Assembly: GCA_023261695.1 (NCBI GenBank) | Contig: JAHFON010000002.1 | Span: 11,467 to 75,466 of the forward strand | Length of the DNA stretch: 64,000 bases | Direction: 5' to 3' | DNA from: Candidatus Moraniibacteriota bacterium | GTDB lineage: Bacteria > Patescibacteriota > Minisyncoccia > Moranbacterales > UBA1568 | In this document: piece by piece, positions 9,491 to 18,129 of the stretch | How the letters are laid out: the number at the start of each line of letters is the position of its first letter | How positions within the stretch are numbered: position 1 is the stretch's first letter | The notes under the pieces: model-generated | Told to the model about the DNA's origin: nothing | Databases searched by the model: none | Seen by the model: only the letters and a program-made list of their open reading frames with translations | Made by a program: the position numbers and the translations under genes

Positions 9491-9654
9491 AAAACTATCG
9501 TAGCAAAAGAAAGCTGACTTGACGAGACTGGGTAAATAAAGAAATTGTAGTAATACGACGCGATTTGTTTTCGAGGCAAAGGGCGGCTATTTGAACACAC
9601 GGCACGAATTGGCGGTTGTTATTTGAAGCCGTATTGATTTTGTGAAAATTAAGA

Positions 9655-10737
9655 ATGACGCGACGTATTTTTTTTGCTATGATGAACGTAAAAAATAGTA
9701 TGTATGAAAGTGGTCCTGATAATATACATCGCCAGCAGAATGCGAAAAAGGAAGTAGAGCAGAAGCGTTATTCTCGAGAGTCTGTGGATGAGGCGTGGCG
9801 GAAATTGCATTTTGAGGTGAACGGTAGGCAAGTTGAGTTGTATGGCGTTTTACACGTGCCTGAAACGCTTGAAGTTGACGAATATCGCGAAACACTGAAA
9901 CAAGCGATCGCGCGCGCTTCGCTTGTTGTGATTGAGTCTATGCCAACCGCCTCCGGAATGCATTCGGAGAGATTTATAAAATTTATACTGGAAATGGCGG
10001 AAAAATCTAGCGAGAAAATATCACGGGAGCCAATTGTGAATTTTTTTGAGACAGAAAAGTCTGGCCGATTTTTTCGCCAAATTGAAAATTTTGCTGCGAA
10101 TCTGCACAAAAAAGCGGCTATGGTAGATCCGTGGATTCAGAACATTGAACATCCAGTCGTCGTGTATGATTTGTTGCGCAGAGACTCCGATGTTCTTACC
10201 ACGAAAACAGTACTTGGAATGTTGGGGACAATAGCTTTTGCTTTTTATAATCTCACCGGCAATAAAGCGAATATAAAAAATGAACAAACGGATAACAGCC
10301 CCGGTTTGTCGGGGAAAAGCGGTTTGACGCGGAGACAATTTTTAAAAGGTTTGTCCGGGGCCGTTATGGGCGGCGGTTGGTTGTCTTCTATGGCCTCTGT
10401 GATAGACAGCAGTTCTGGGATTAGTGTGCGGGGTGGTCGCGCGGACAATCCGCTGGGTCCTTTTTTATACAATCTTCTAGATTATAGAGATGTGACTGTT
10501 GCAAAGGGACTGGATATACTAACGAAAAAAGAGTTAGGTGAAGGTCCGATCGTGATGATTTACGGCGCTGGTCACGCGTCGGCGATACGCCATTACGCTG
10601 AAGCTTCTTTGGAACGCGAGGCAAAATATACCACCTACGCGCCTTATCGCTCGGTGGATCCGCCGCAGCTACACACTTATGAGTTTGACGCGTCCAAAAA
10701 AGAATGGGTTACGGTTGAAATGGCGGATATCTTATAG
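9655..10737 (+). CDS. TraB/GumN family protein
   Basis: N-terminal VELYGVLHV...LVVIESMP and C-terminal IVMIYGAGHASAIRHY match the TraB-family GxxH signatures. The true start may be an internal Met. There is an internal RRQFLKG twin-arginine-like segment. Confidence 0.45.
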   Translation: MTRRIFFAMMNVKNSMYESGPDNIHRQQNAKKEVEQKRYSRESVDEAWRKLHFEVNGRQVELYGVLHVPETLEVDEYRETLKQAIARASLVVIESMPTASGMHSERFIKFILEMAEKSSEKISREPIVNFFETEKSGRFFRQIENFAANLHKKAAMVDPWIQNIEHPVVVYDLLRRDSDVLTTKTVLGMLGTIAFAFYNLTGNKANIKNEQTDNSPGLSGKSGLTRRQFLKGLSGAVMGGGWLSSMASVIDSSSGISVRGGRADNPLGPFLYNLLDYRDVTVAKGLDILTKKELGEGPIVMIYGAGHASAIRHYAEASLEREAKYTTYAPYRSVDPPQLHTYEFDASKKEWVTVEMADIL

Positions 10738-10774
10738 TGGGTTATAAGAAAACGCATCAAAAATTTTTAGAAAG

Positions 10775-11611
10775 CTAGAACTTAGTTGGCTTATCATATT
10801 TTCCTTCCAAGCCTTTCCACGTAATTTCAAATACTTCACGCAAAGCCTTGGCTAATTTGGGGGATTCAATGATGAGTGATTGAACGCTCTCAATGAGCGC
10901 GATGCGTACGAACTGGTCGTCGCATGATTCAATAGATACTTTAGCGCTATACATATTTTCAGGGAGAAATTTACCCGTAATTTCTGTTGTTTCTGGCAAG
11001 AGCCACTTCGCGTATGGCTTTAGTGTCGGCGTGTCCACCGTCAATCCCATCACATGGGTATGATGGCGTTCTTTGTATTCGTTCCATTCATAAAAAACTT
11101 CGTTTACTTCGGATGAAGCATCTTCAGGGTTGGCAAAAAATCCAACTATATTTTTTTCATGCAATTCCTTTTTTTTATAATCATACGCCTGTCGCAAGCC
11201 TTCAATACCTTCAAAGTACAGAACACTTGCCTTTTCAGAGGTTTCTTTTTGGAGAGACTTCAATTCCGGTAAAACACTTTTTGTTTTAAGCAGTTTCGCT
11301 TCTTGCGCTTCCAAAACAGCTTCCGGTGAACGGGCGATGTAGCGTTTTGGCTCTTCGCCGGGAACGTGTACGATTAGGCCCTTTACCACCAATTCTTCGG
11401 CAATCACATAGGCCGTCGGGCGTTTCAATCCCGCTTTTTGCGCGATCCGGTACGGGGTGGCCGGTCCAAGCTGAAGTAAAGCCAAATATATCTTTGCCTC
11501 TTTTTCACTTAATCCGAGATTTTTCAATGGTTCAATGAGATGTTGCATAGGGATGATTATGTCCAGTATACACCTATTTGTAATATTAGTCAATAATTTT
11601 GACAAATACAA
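10775..11611 (-). CDS. TrmB family transcriptional regulator
   Basis: N-terminal winged-HTH (LGLSEKEAKIYLALLQLGPATPYRIAQKAGLKRPTAYVIAEELVVKGLI) followed by a TrmB C-terminal-like region. The start may be the internal Met at 11548. Confidence 0.6.
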   Translation of the reverse strand: MYLSKLLTNITNRCILDIIIPMQHLIEPLKNLGLSEKEAKIYLALLQLGPATPYRIAQKAGLKRPTAYVIAEELVVKGLIVHVPGEEPKRYIARSPEAVLEAQEAKLLKTKSVLPELKSLQKETSEKASVLYFEGIEGLRQAYDYKKKELHEKNIVGFFANPEDASSEVNEVFYEWNEYKERHHTHVMGLTVDTPTLKPYAKWLLPETTEITGKFLPENMYSAKVSIESCDDQFVRIALIESVQSLIIESPKLAKALREVFEITWKGLEGKYDKPTKF

Positions 11612-11929
11612 CTGTCATATTGTCGAGCACTCTTTATATTAAGCCACAAAGTAGCTATATTTAGGGATATTTTTACCATAAAAATAGACTATATTATTGA
11701 CCTTTTGACGATTATTTGCTATACTGCTCTTTCAATGATGAGGACAGCAACACTCGCTTTGAAAAGTTCTTTAATTTCCATATTAAAGTTTGCGCGTTCG
11801 CTAAATCCGTATCGGCGAAATGAGAGAAGGCCTATGAGTTCGGGCGCTCTCGGCTATGCCGTGTTCCGAGACATCTCGGAATGTTTCCGAAATAACCAAA
11901 AAGTTGTTTCGGATAGTCAGAGAACTTAA

Positions 11930-12900
11930 TCTTGGACAGGGGACGTAAAATACCACAACCCCAGCGTATTGGTAACGGTCATACCAATTTCCAAGAGACG
12001 CACAAAAAATAAGTAACGAGGTGTGGTTTGTAAATAAAATGGAAAGTTACTTGCAACCATAATCGTAACCGAGCAGGAAAACCGTTTTGATGCGGCATAG
12101 GAGGGCGCAACAAAAACGGCGAGTACGTAAGCTCTCGGTGAATAACCGAAAGGAGGCCGATACTGAAAAGTGTCGCCTTTGTCACCTACAACGCAGTAGG
12201 TGAAGACCTTTCGAGCGGTTGGCACGGCTCAGACGACCGAATGGCCCTCGTGTTGCAAAACACGAAGGGCGATGGGGGTCTCAATAGAGGCCACATCGGG
12301 ACCGAGCGACGTCGTGAAGAGATCGGCATTCTCTGGGAGAAACTCCAAGAGTCACTACCCTATCTCGATCACGTCGTGGTCTACGTCGGAGCGTCAGGGT
12401 CGGAGCGAGTCATTGCACTGGCAGCACAGTTGCCTGCGTCAAAGGTCACGTTCGTCGGCTGTGATTGCGGGCTTCCTAACAAGGAGGCTCTCATCCAAGC
12501 GGCTGACTTGGACGATGCGCGGCGGATACTCTGCGAGTGCGGTGGTCGCCGAACCATGAAGTTGCTTTTTCAGAACTTCATGGAAACCGGTGAGCTCCTT
12601 CTGGCTGTGCCAGCCTAGCTCTCGCTCACCAAGAATGGTGCTCTCTGCGGAAGAGGGTTCTGGCAGTAGGCAGTAATCGGTCCTGCCAGAAGCGCTGTCA
12701 AAGGGGAAGCATTCCGCAAGTGCCCGTGCAAACCCAAGCAGGGTTCGCCCTGAGATGTCGCCACCGAAAAGCGCGGCATCGCGAAAGACTAATGCACGGC
12801 TCTACCGTCACTCTAGAACACGAGTCAAAACTGTTTGGTTGCGAGGTAAGCTGGTGGGAATAACTCGCAACCTCTTCCGCAAGGAAGACGGCAAGGTCAA
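11930..12900. other. anomalous GC-rich (~55-58%) hairpin-rich block without convincing coding frame; candidate large structured RNA/leader or horizontally acquired fragment
   Basis: Composition differs sharply from the ~40% GC flanks. Several perfect 8-10 bp hairpins: ggccctcgtg..cacgaagggc, tctggcag..ctgccaga, gttgcgag..ctcgcaac. Only short mutually overlapping ORFs in several frames, none with a Shine-Dalgarno. Confidence 0.3.
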
Positions 12901-13038
12901 CGCCGATAATGACTACCACTTTGGAGAAAAAGAATGAATCTATTTTTTTTCTCCTCTCAATTGAGATTTCAATTATGAAATTGAAGTTTCATAGAGAAAA
13001 AGTTCTTTTCAAACCTTTTCAAACAAGGAGGAATACAA

Positions 13039-13190
13039 TGAGGGAATTGAGCGGTGCAGAAATGATCGCGCGAGGACTCGGTATGCTGTTAGCGGAAAGT
13101 GTAGGAAATCAAGAGGCAATAGAGATCTGCAATGAAATGATGATAATGTTGTTCAAACTGGAAAAAACTGCAAAAAACCATCAAGGATAG
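13039..13190 (+). CDS. small protein (~50 aa), first gene of a three-gene small-protein operon
   Basis: Strong RBS aaggaggaatacaATG. Preceded by an AT-rich region with the palindrome atgaaattgaagtttcat. Confidence 0.45.
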
Positions 13191-13201
13191 GAGGAAAAAT
13201 C

Positions 13202-13510
13202 ATGGCAAAGTTGAATTTCTATCAGCTAACAGATCGTCAATCCGATGAAAGTAAGACTGTTCTTCGTGAAGGCGACAAGATGATTTTTTACCGTGAAAGC
13301 GGACTTGTTCGCTTTTCCCGAGATGGTAGGCCGCTTTACGGGTGTATGGGTGATGATAAATGTATCATTGGAAATAATAAAAGCTTTATGATTAGCGTAC
13401 TTCATCATTTTGGGATAGGCGTGGATCTGGTTGCTGAGAAAAATGATTTGATAATATATAAGCTCCGACAGTTGAGTAGTTTTTCAACGAGGTCTGCGCG
13501 AAAAGCGTGA
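13202..13510 (+). CDS. hypothetical small protein (102 aa)
   Basis: RBS aggaggaaaaatcATG. 11-nt spacing from the upstream gene. Confidence 0.5.
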   Translation: MAKLNFYQLTDRQSDESKTVLREGDKMIFYRESGLVRFSRDGRPLYGCMGDDKCIIGNNKSFMISVLHHFGIGVDLVAEKNDLIIYKLRQLSSFSTRSARKA

Positions 13511-13525
13511 GGGAGGAAGGTAAAA

Positions 13526-13828
13526 ATGGTACAGTTCTTGAGATTTGTGACTGATCTTGTAGAGGTTTGGTTGGAAGTGATGATGACAATAGTCACGACC
13601 TATCCGTGGCTTGCGTGGACTCTCGTTGTATTGGTGGTTCTTGGGATTGTTTTGGAGCTGTATTGGCAGATATTCGCCAGTCCTGAGGAGCGCCGCCGCG
13701 ATGAAGAATGCCGGCGCTATGTCAAAGAACATCGCCGTAAAGAGATGTCCGAGAGTTTGCGGCGTGAAGTGGATAGGCGGAGAGTAGTTTACTCTTCGTT
13801 ATTAAAGCCGTCGAGTAGGTGGCGATAA
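13526..13828 (+). CDS. hypothetical small membrane-anchored protein (100 aa) with highly charged C-terminal tail
   Basis: RBS gggaggaaggtaaaaATG. One hydrophobic helix (LAWTLVVLVVLGIVLELYW), then an Arg/Glu-rich tail. Confidence 0.5.
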   Translation: MVQFLRFVTDLVEVWLEVMMTIVTTYPWLAWTLVVLVVLGIVLELYWQIFASPEERRRDEECRRYVKEHRRKEMSESLRREVDRRRVVYSSLLKPSSRWR

Positions 13829-13844
13829 AGAAGGGGAAAGTTTC

Positions 13845-13889
13845 TGGGGACGAGAGAAGTAATAGCTTCACTCTCGTCCCCATTTTTAT
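13845..13889 (+). terminator. rho-independent terminator (tggggacgagag...ctctcgtcccca + TTTTT)
   Basis: A 12-bp perfect stem followed by a T-run, directly after the small-protein operon. Confidence 0.65.
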
Positions 13890-14030
13890 GATCTAATTTT
13901 AGTAACGAGTAACTTCCTAATCAAGTTTTCTATAAGTAATTCTCTGGATTGTTTTTATATCATCTTGTGGAGCCTAGATTCCCGCCTTCGCGGGAATGAC
14001 AAAGAAACAAATTTAATGTCATGTTTATAA

Positions 14031-15809
14031 TTACAGCGCGCGTTTCTTTTCCTCCTCTTTGTAACAAATGAGAGTATCGCCGACCTGGATTTTGACATTG
14101 CCTTCAAAGACGATGCCGCATTCGTTGCCTTGATTGACTTCATCTGCGTTTTGTTTGTTCTGCTGAAGATTCATCATTTTACCTTGTCCGATAATTTCTC
14201 CATCGCGTTTGATTTCAATCAGCGAGCCGCGCAACATTTTGCCGGAACTCACGCGTCCGCCGACGATCATATCGCGTTTGCCGGTTTTGAAAATGGCCAG
14301 CACGGAAAGTTCTCCGTAGTCCGTCCGTATGATTTCCGGAGGCAGGAGCGCCGCCAGTTTTTCTTTGACCGCTTCCACTAATTTGTAAATGATGTTATAG
14401 GTTTCTATTTGTATCTTGCTGGCTTCAGCCAGGCGTTTAGCAACGGAAGTCGGCTCACTATTGAAGCCCAAAATAAGAGCGCCGGCGCTTTCCGCGATTC
14501 TGACATCGGATTCTGTAATACTGCCCACGCCCGATGAAATGATGTTCAGCGCCACTTCTGGAGATTCAATGCTGGAAAGAATTTGTTCAACGGCTTCCAA
14601 CGATCCTTGCATATCGGCTTTAAGGATGAGCGTCAGTTTTTTCTTTTGGTCATCTTCTTCTTGAATTTTGCTTAATTTTTTAACGCTGGCTTCTTGGGAT
14701 TTCTCGCGCGCTAAAGTCTTGCCGCTGACGACTTGCACGACGTCATTGACTTGCGGCGCGGTATTGAATCCATAGATGATGGTCGGAACGGATGGACCGG
14801 CTTGCTCCAAATTCTTGCCGCTCCAGTCTTCAATGCGGCGGATGCGGCCGAAAGAACCTCCGCTGATAATGTCTTGGCCGACTTTGAGTGTGCCGGTACG
14901 CACCAGTGCGGTGGCCACAGGCCCCTTTTGAGGATCCAAGTGGGACTCCAGCACGATGGCCAGTCCGTCGCGTTTGGAATCGGCGCGAAAATCTTCCACT
15001 TCGGCGAGCAGAGCGATATTTTCCAGCAGTTTGTCTATACCGATATTGTTTTTGGCGCTAATTTCCGCGCACATAGTGTCGCCGCCCCATTCTTCAAAAA
15101 GAATGCCGTGCTCGGCTAATTCCTGTTTCACCCGCTCAGGTTTGGCATCCGGTTTGTCTATTTTGTTGATGGCCACTATGACCGGCAATTTGCGTTCCTT
15201 GATGTACGCGATGACTTCTTTGGTTTGCGGACGCACGCCGTCATCCGCCGCGACCACGAGAATGGCGATGTCGGCGATGGACAATCCGCGCTTACGCATC
15301 GCGGCGAAGGCCTCGTGTCCCGGAGTATCAATGAAGGTGATGATTTGTTTGCGTTTTTTCGTTTGATAGGCGCTGATGTGTTGGGTGATGCCGCCCGCTT
15401 CGCCGGCCGCGACGTTAGCTTTGCGTATCGTGTCCAGTAATGTCGTCTTGCCATGATCCACATGGCCTAAAATTGTCACGATCGGTGCGCGCGGGAGAAG
15501 ATTTTTTCCGGAACTTTTTTCTTGAGCAATGAGTTTGTCCAGCTCTTCCAGAGTAAGGCGGCCGCCCTCGGTTTTCTCTTCGGCTGGTTCTGTTTCAAAT
15601 TCCAAATCTCCCGCGATAATACTGGCGGTATCATAATCAATCTCCTCGTTGATAGTTGCCAGAATGCCGTTTTTCATCAATTCTGTAATGATAGTCGCTA
15701 CCGGCAATTGCAAAATCTCGCTCAATTTTTTGACGCTGACGGAAGAAGGGATTGTCACTTTTTTCTTAGGCTGGCTAGCGGTATCGCTAGAATTTTCCTG
15801 TGGAGACAT
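14031..15809 (-). CDS. infB: translation initiation factor IF-2 (short form)
   Basis: GHVDHGKTTLLD G1 motif, DTPGHEAF and NKIDK motifs. 592 aa. Confidence 0.9.
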   Translation of the reverse strand: MSPQENSSDTASQPKKKVTIPSSVSVKKLSEILQLPVATIITELMKNGILATINEEIDYDTASIIAGDLEFETEPAEEKTEGGRLTLEELDKLIAQEKSSGKNLLPRAPIVTILGHVDHGKTTLLDTIRKANVAAGEAGGITQHISAYQTKKRKQIITFIDTPGHEAFAAMRKRGLSIADIAILVVAADDGVRPQTKEVIAYIKERKLPVIVAINKIDKPDAKPERVKQELAEHGILFEEWGGDTMCAEISAKNNIGIDKLLENIALLAEVEDFRADSKRDGLAIVLESHLDPQKGPVATALVRTGTLKVGQDIISGGSFGRIRRIEDWSGKNLEQAGPSVPTIIYGFNTAPQVNDVVQVVSGKTLAREKSQEASVKKLSKIQEEDDQKKKLTLILKADMQGSLEAVEQILSSIESPEVALNIISSGVGSITESDVRIAESAGALILGFNSEPTSVAKRLAEASKIQIETYNIIYKLVEAVKEKLAALLPPEIIRTDYGELSVLAIFKTGKRDMIVGGRVSSGKMLRGSLIEIKRDGEIIGQGKMMNLQQNKQNADEVNQGNECGIVFEGNVKIQVGDTLICYKEEEKKRAL

Positions 15810-15872
15810 AAAATATACAGTTTAGTTACGCGTTGATGATAAATATAAGTAAATAAGTTTGAAATTTTTGCG

Positions 15873-16391
15873 TTAAACGGCGACAGGTTTGCCTTGCATG
15901 GCTTGAGTGATGGCTGACTTTTCTTCTTCGGTGAAAGGGAAACTGCCGGCCTGTCCGGCGACGACTGGTTTGGCGTAAACGCGCGTGCTTTCGCGAGTAT
16001 GGAGCGATGAGATAACGAGTCCGGAATTCTTGCCGTCTAGGAGTACCACGCAAAAGCTTTGATTGCCGCCGACTTCTTTGAAGGGATTGAAACGGAGCAC
16101 GCTCGTTTTGTGAAGACTTTTCATTCCGAGCTCGCGCAAGCGATTGGAAATTTCAAAAAGTTCCTGAATTTCCCCATCCAATTCCCTGATTTCTTTTAGT
16201 TGATCCAGCAACACCTTTTCCAAATCCTGGGCATTTTTACCGGAAAAGAAAGCGGACAATTTTTGGTTTAGCCGGCGGTTCTGCATCCACAAAAAAATCA
16301 AAATCACAAAAAGAATCGCCTCTCCCAATATCAGAACCCCAAAACTGAGGTTTATGACAGCGGGCGAAAATTCTTGGGTGAAAACCAACAT
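15873..16391 (-). CDS. DUF4446-like membrane-anchored protein
   Basis: N-terminal TM followed by a coiled-coil and conserved C-terminal region. Recalled family resemblance only. Confidence 0.4.
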   Translation of the reverse strand: MLVFTQEFSPAVINLSFGVLILGEAILFVILIFLWMQNRRLNQKLSAFFSGKNAQDLEKVLLDQLKEIRELDGEIQELFEISNRLRELGMKSLHKTSVLRFNPFKEVGGNQSFCVVLLDGKNSGLVISSLHTRESTRVYAKPVVAGQAGSFPFTEEEKSAITQAMQGKPVAV

Positions 16392-16521
16392 AGGCGGCGT
16401 TTATGGGACTTCTCGTTCACGTTATCACCATTTTGGCTTAATGTAAACTCTGGCTGTCGCAAAGCGTATCAATGGACGAGCGGGTTAAACTCAAGTATAA
16501 TCCACATAAAGAGCGAAAAAT

Positions 16522-17352
16522 ATGATACATTTTTTCAATGGTAAATTGGTTTCCGAGAGCGAGCTTGTGATATCGCCTCGTGACTTGGGATTTTCCCGCG
16601 GCTACGGGGTGTTTGATTTCTTGAAAACCTATCCGCATCATCGCCCGTTCAAATTACGCGAACACATTGACCGGCTTTTTAACTCGGCTAATCTGATCGG
16701 CCTTCAAATCCCTTGGGATAAAGAACAGATGCAGAAATGGGTGATGACCACGCTGGAAGCTAACCAAACCGCTGAAGAAAAATTCATCAAAATTATTATT
16801 TCCGGCGGAGCGTCTGACACGATGTTGCCTGCGGGGGATCCGACTATTGTGGTATTGGTGAACGAGGCGGTGGCATATCCGAAGGAGCATTACGAAAAAG
16901 GCATCGGCGTGATCGCAGTCAAACATACGCGCTATACTCCGGAGGCGAAATCCAATAATTATATTGAAGGCGTCAAGCAAACACAGAAAGCTCACAAGCT
17001 GGGAGCGGTGGAACCGATTTACTATTCCGACACCCAAGTTTTTGAGGGTTCCAACAGTAATATTTTCGCTATACTCAATGGCAAGCTGACAACTTCCGCC
17101 AATAATATTTTAGAGGGCGTAACTCGGAGCGTGTTGCTGGAAATTTTGAAGTTGGATGTGCCGGTTGAAGTGAGAGATTTTAGTTTTGACGAATTGCTGA
17201 GCGCGACAGAAGTGTTTTTAACCGGTAGCGGCAAAGAGGTTACGCCGGTTACTTTGATTGACGGCCAGCCGGTAGGGAGTGGCGCGGTGGGACCGGTGAC
17301 CCAAGAAGTGATGCGTCAATATCAAGCGTATGTTTATTCCGATTTGTGGTAA
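16522..17352 (+). CDS. class IV aminotransferase (branched-chain amino acid / D-amino acid aminotransferase family)
   Basis: Fold-type IV PLP enzyme pattern, including EGSNSNIF. 276 aa. Confidence 0.7.
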   Translation: MIHFFNGKLVSESELVISPRDLGFSRGYGVFDFLKTYPHHRPFKLREHIDRLFNSANLIGLQIPWDKEQMQKWVMTTLEANQTAEEKFIKIIISGGASDTMLPAGDPTIVVLVNEAVAYPKEHYEKGIGVIAVKHTRYTPEAKSNNYIEGVKQTQKAHKLGAVEPIYYSDTQVFEGSNSNIFAILNGKLTTSANNILEGVTRSVLLEILKLDVPVEVRDFSFDELLSATEVFLTGSGKEVTPVTLIDGQPVGSGAVGPVTQEVMRQYQAYVYSDLW

Positions 17353-17364
17353 TTTATCTATTTT

Positions 17365-18069
17365 ATGAGACTGCTAATAAAATTATCTGGTGAGAGTTTG
17401 AGCGATGGCACGGACGCTGTACACAATCAGTACAATGAACGGACGCTGGAAACTATAGTCGCTGGAATAAAAGCGCTTCAGGAAAAAAAACATGCCATCG
17501 CGTTGGTAGTGGGCGGCGGCAATCTGTTTCGCGGCCGTGAACTGACGGGGAAACTCGCCATTGAACGTCCGACGGCGGATTATATCGGAATGTTGGCTAC
17601 GGCCCAAAACGCATTGGTGCTTCGTGATTACTTCAAGTCAAAAGGGGTGGAAACGCGCGTGTCCTCAGCGATTTCTATGCCGCAAATTTGCGAGGGTTAT
17701 ATTCCCAAAAGAGCGGAAAGACATCTGGCGAAAGGCAGAGTGGTGATATTCGCCGCGGGGTTGGGCGCTCCGTACTTTACAACTGATTCTACTTCTGTTC
17801 AGCGCGCGCTGGAAATGAATATGGATCTCTTGGTTATGGCCAAAAACGGAGTAGACGGATTGTATACCGCCGCTCCGGAAAACGACGCGTCAGCCACTCT
17901 TATCAAAGAGATCAGCGCGAGCGAAGTGTTGGAAAAGAACCTCAAGATAGCCGATCAATCCGCTATCGCGCTGGCCAAAGAGCATAACCTGACAATCAAG
18001 GTCATCGGCGTGGCGGATATTGCCCGCGCGCTTAACGCGGAAGTCGGCTCTATCATCCAGCCAAAATAG
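17365..18069 (+). CDS. pyrH: UMP kinase
   Basis: KLSGESL, VVGGGNLFRG, and the GMLATAQNAL signatures. Confidence 0.85.
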   Translation: MRLLIKLSGESLSDGTDAVHNQYNERTLETIVAGIKALQEKKHAIALVVGGGNLFRGRELTGKLAIERPTADYIGMLATAQNALVLRDYFKSKGVETRVSSAISMPQICEGYIPKRAERHLAKGRVVIFAAGLGAPYFTTDSTSVQRALEMNMDLLVMAKNGVDGLYTAAPENDASATLIKEISASEVLEKNLKIADQSAIALAKEHNLTIKVIGVADIARALNAEVGSIIQPK

Positions 18070-18129
18070 CGTATGCAGAATACTATTTCCCGATGTATCT
18101 TAAAGAAAGAGCGCTTAAGATAATCACCT

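Noticed and set aside
8204-9517. Long + strand ORFs (209, 101, 105, 106 aa) antisense to cca
   Set aside because: They lie entirely inside the well-supported minus-strand cca gene and have a biased, Arg-rich composition typical of antisense frames.
11930-12900. RNase P RNA, tmRNA, group II intron or CRISPR tracrRNA as the identity of the GC-rich block
   Set aside because: No AGGAAAGUCC / P4 elements, no tRNA-like 3' end, no GUGCG 5' start or recognisable domain V, no repeats. A possible AGACUAA (group I P7-like) match is too weak to call.
14130-15836. Multiple + strand ORFs (83-136 aa) antisense to infB
   Set aside because: Antisense to the high-confidence IF-2 gene. No RBS.
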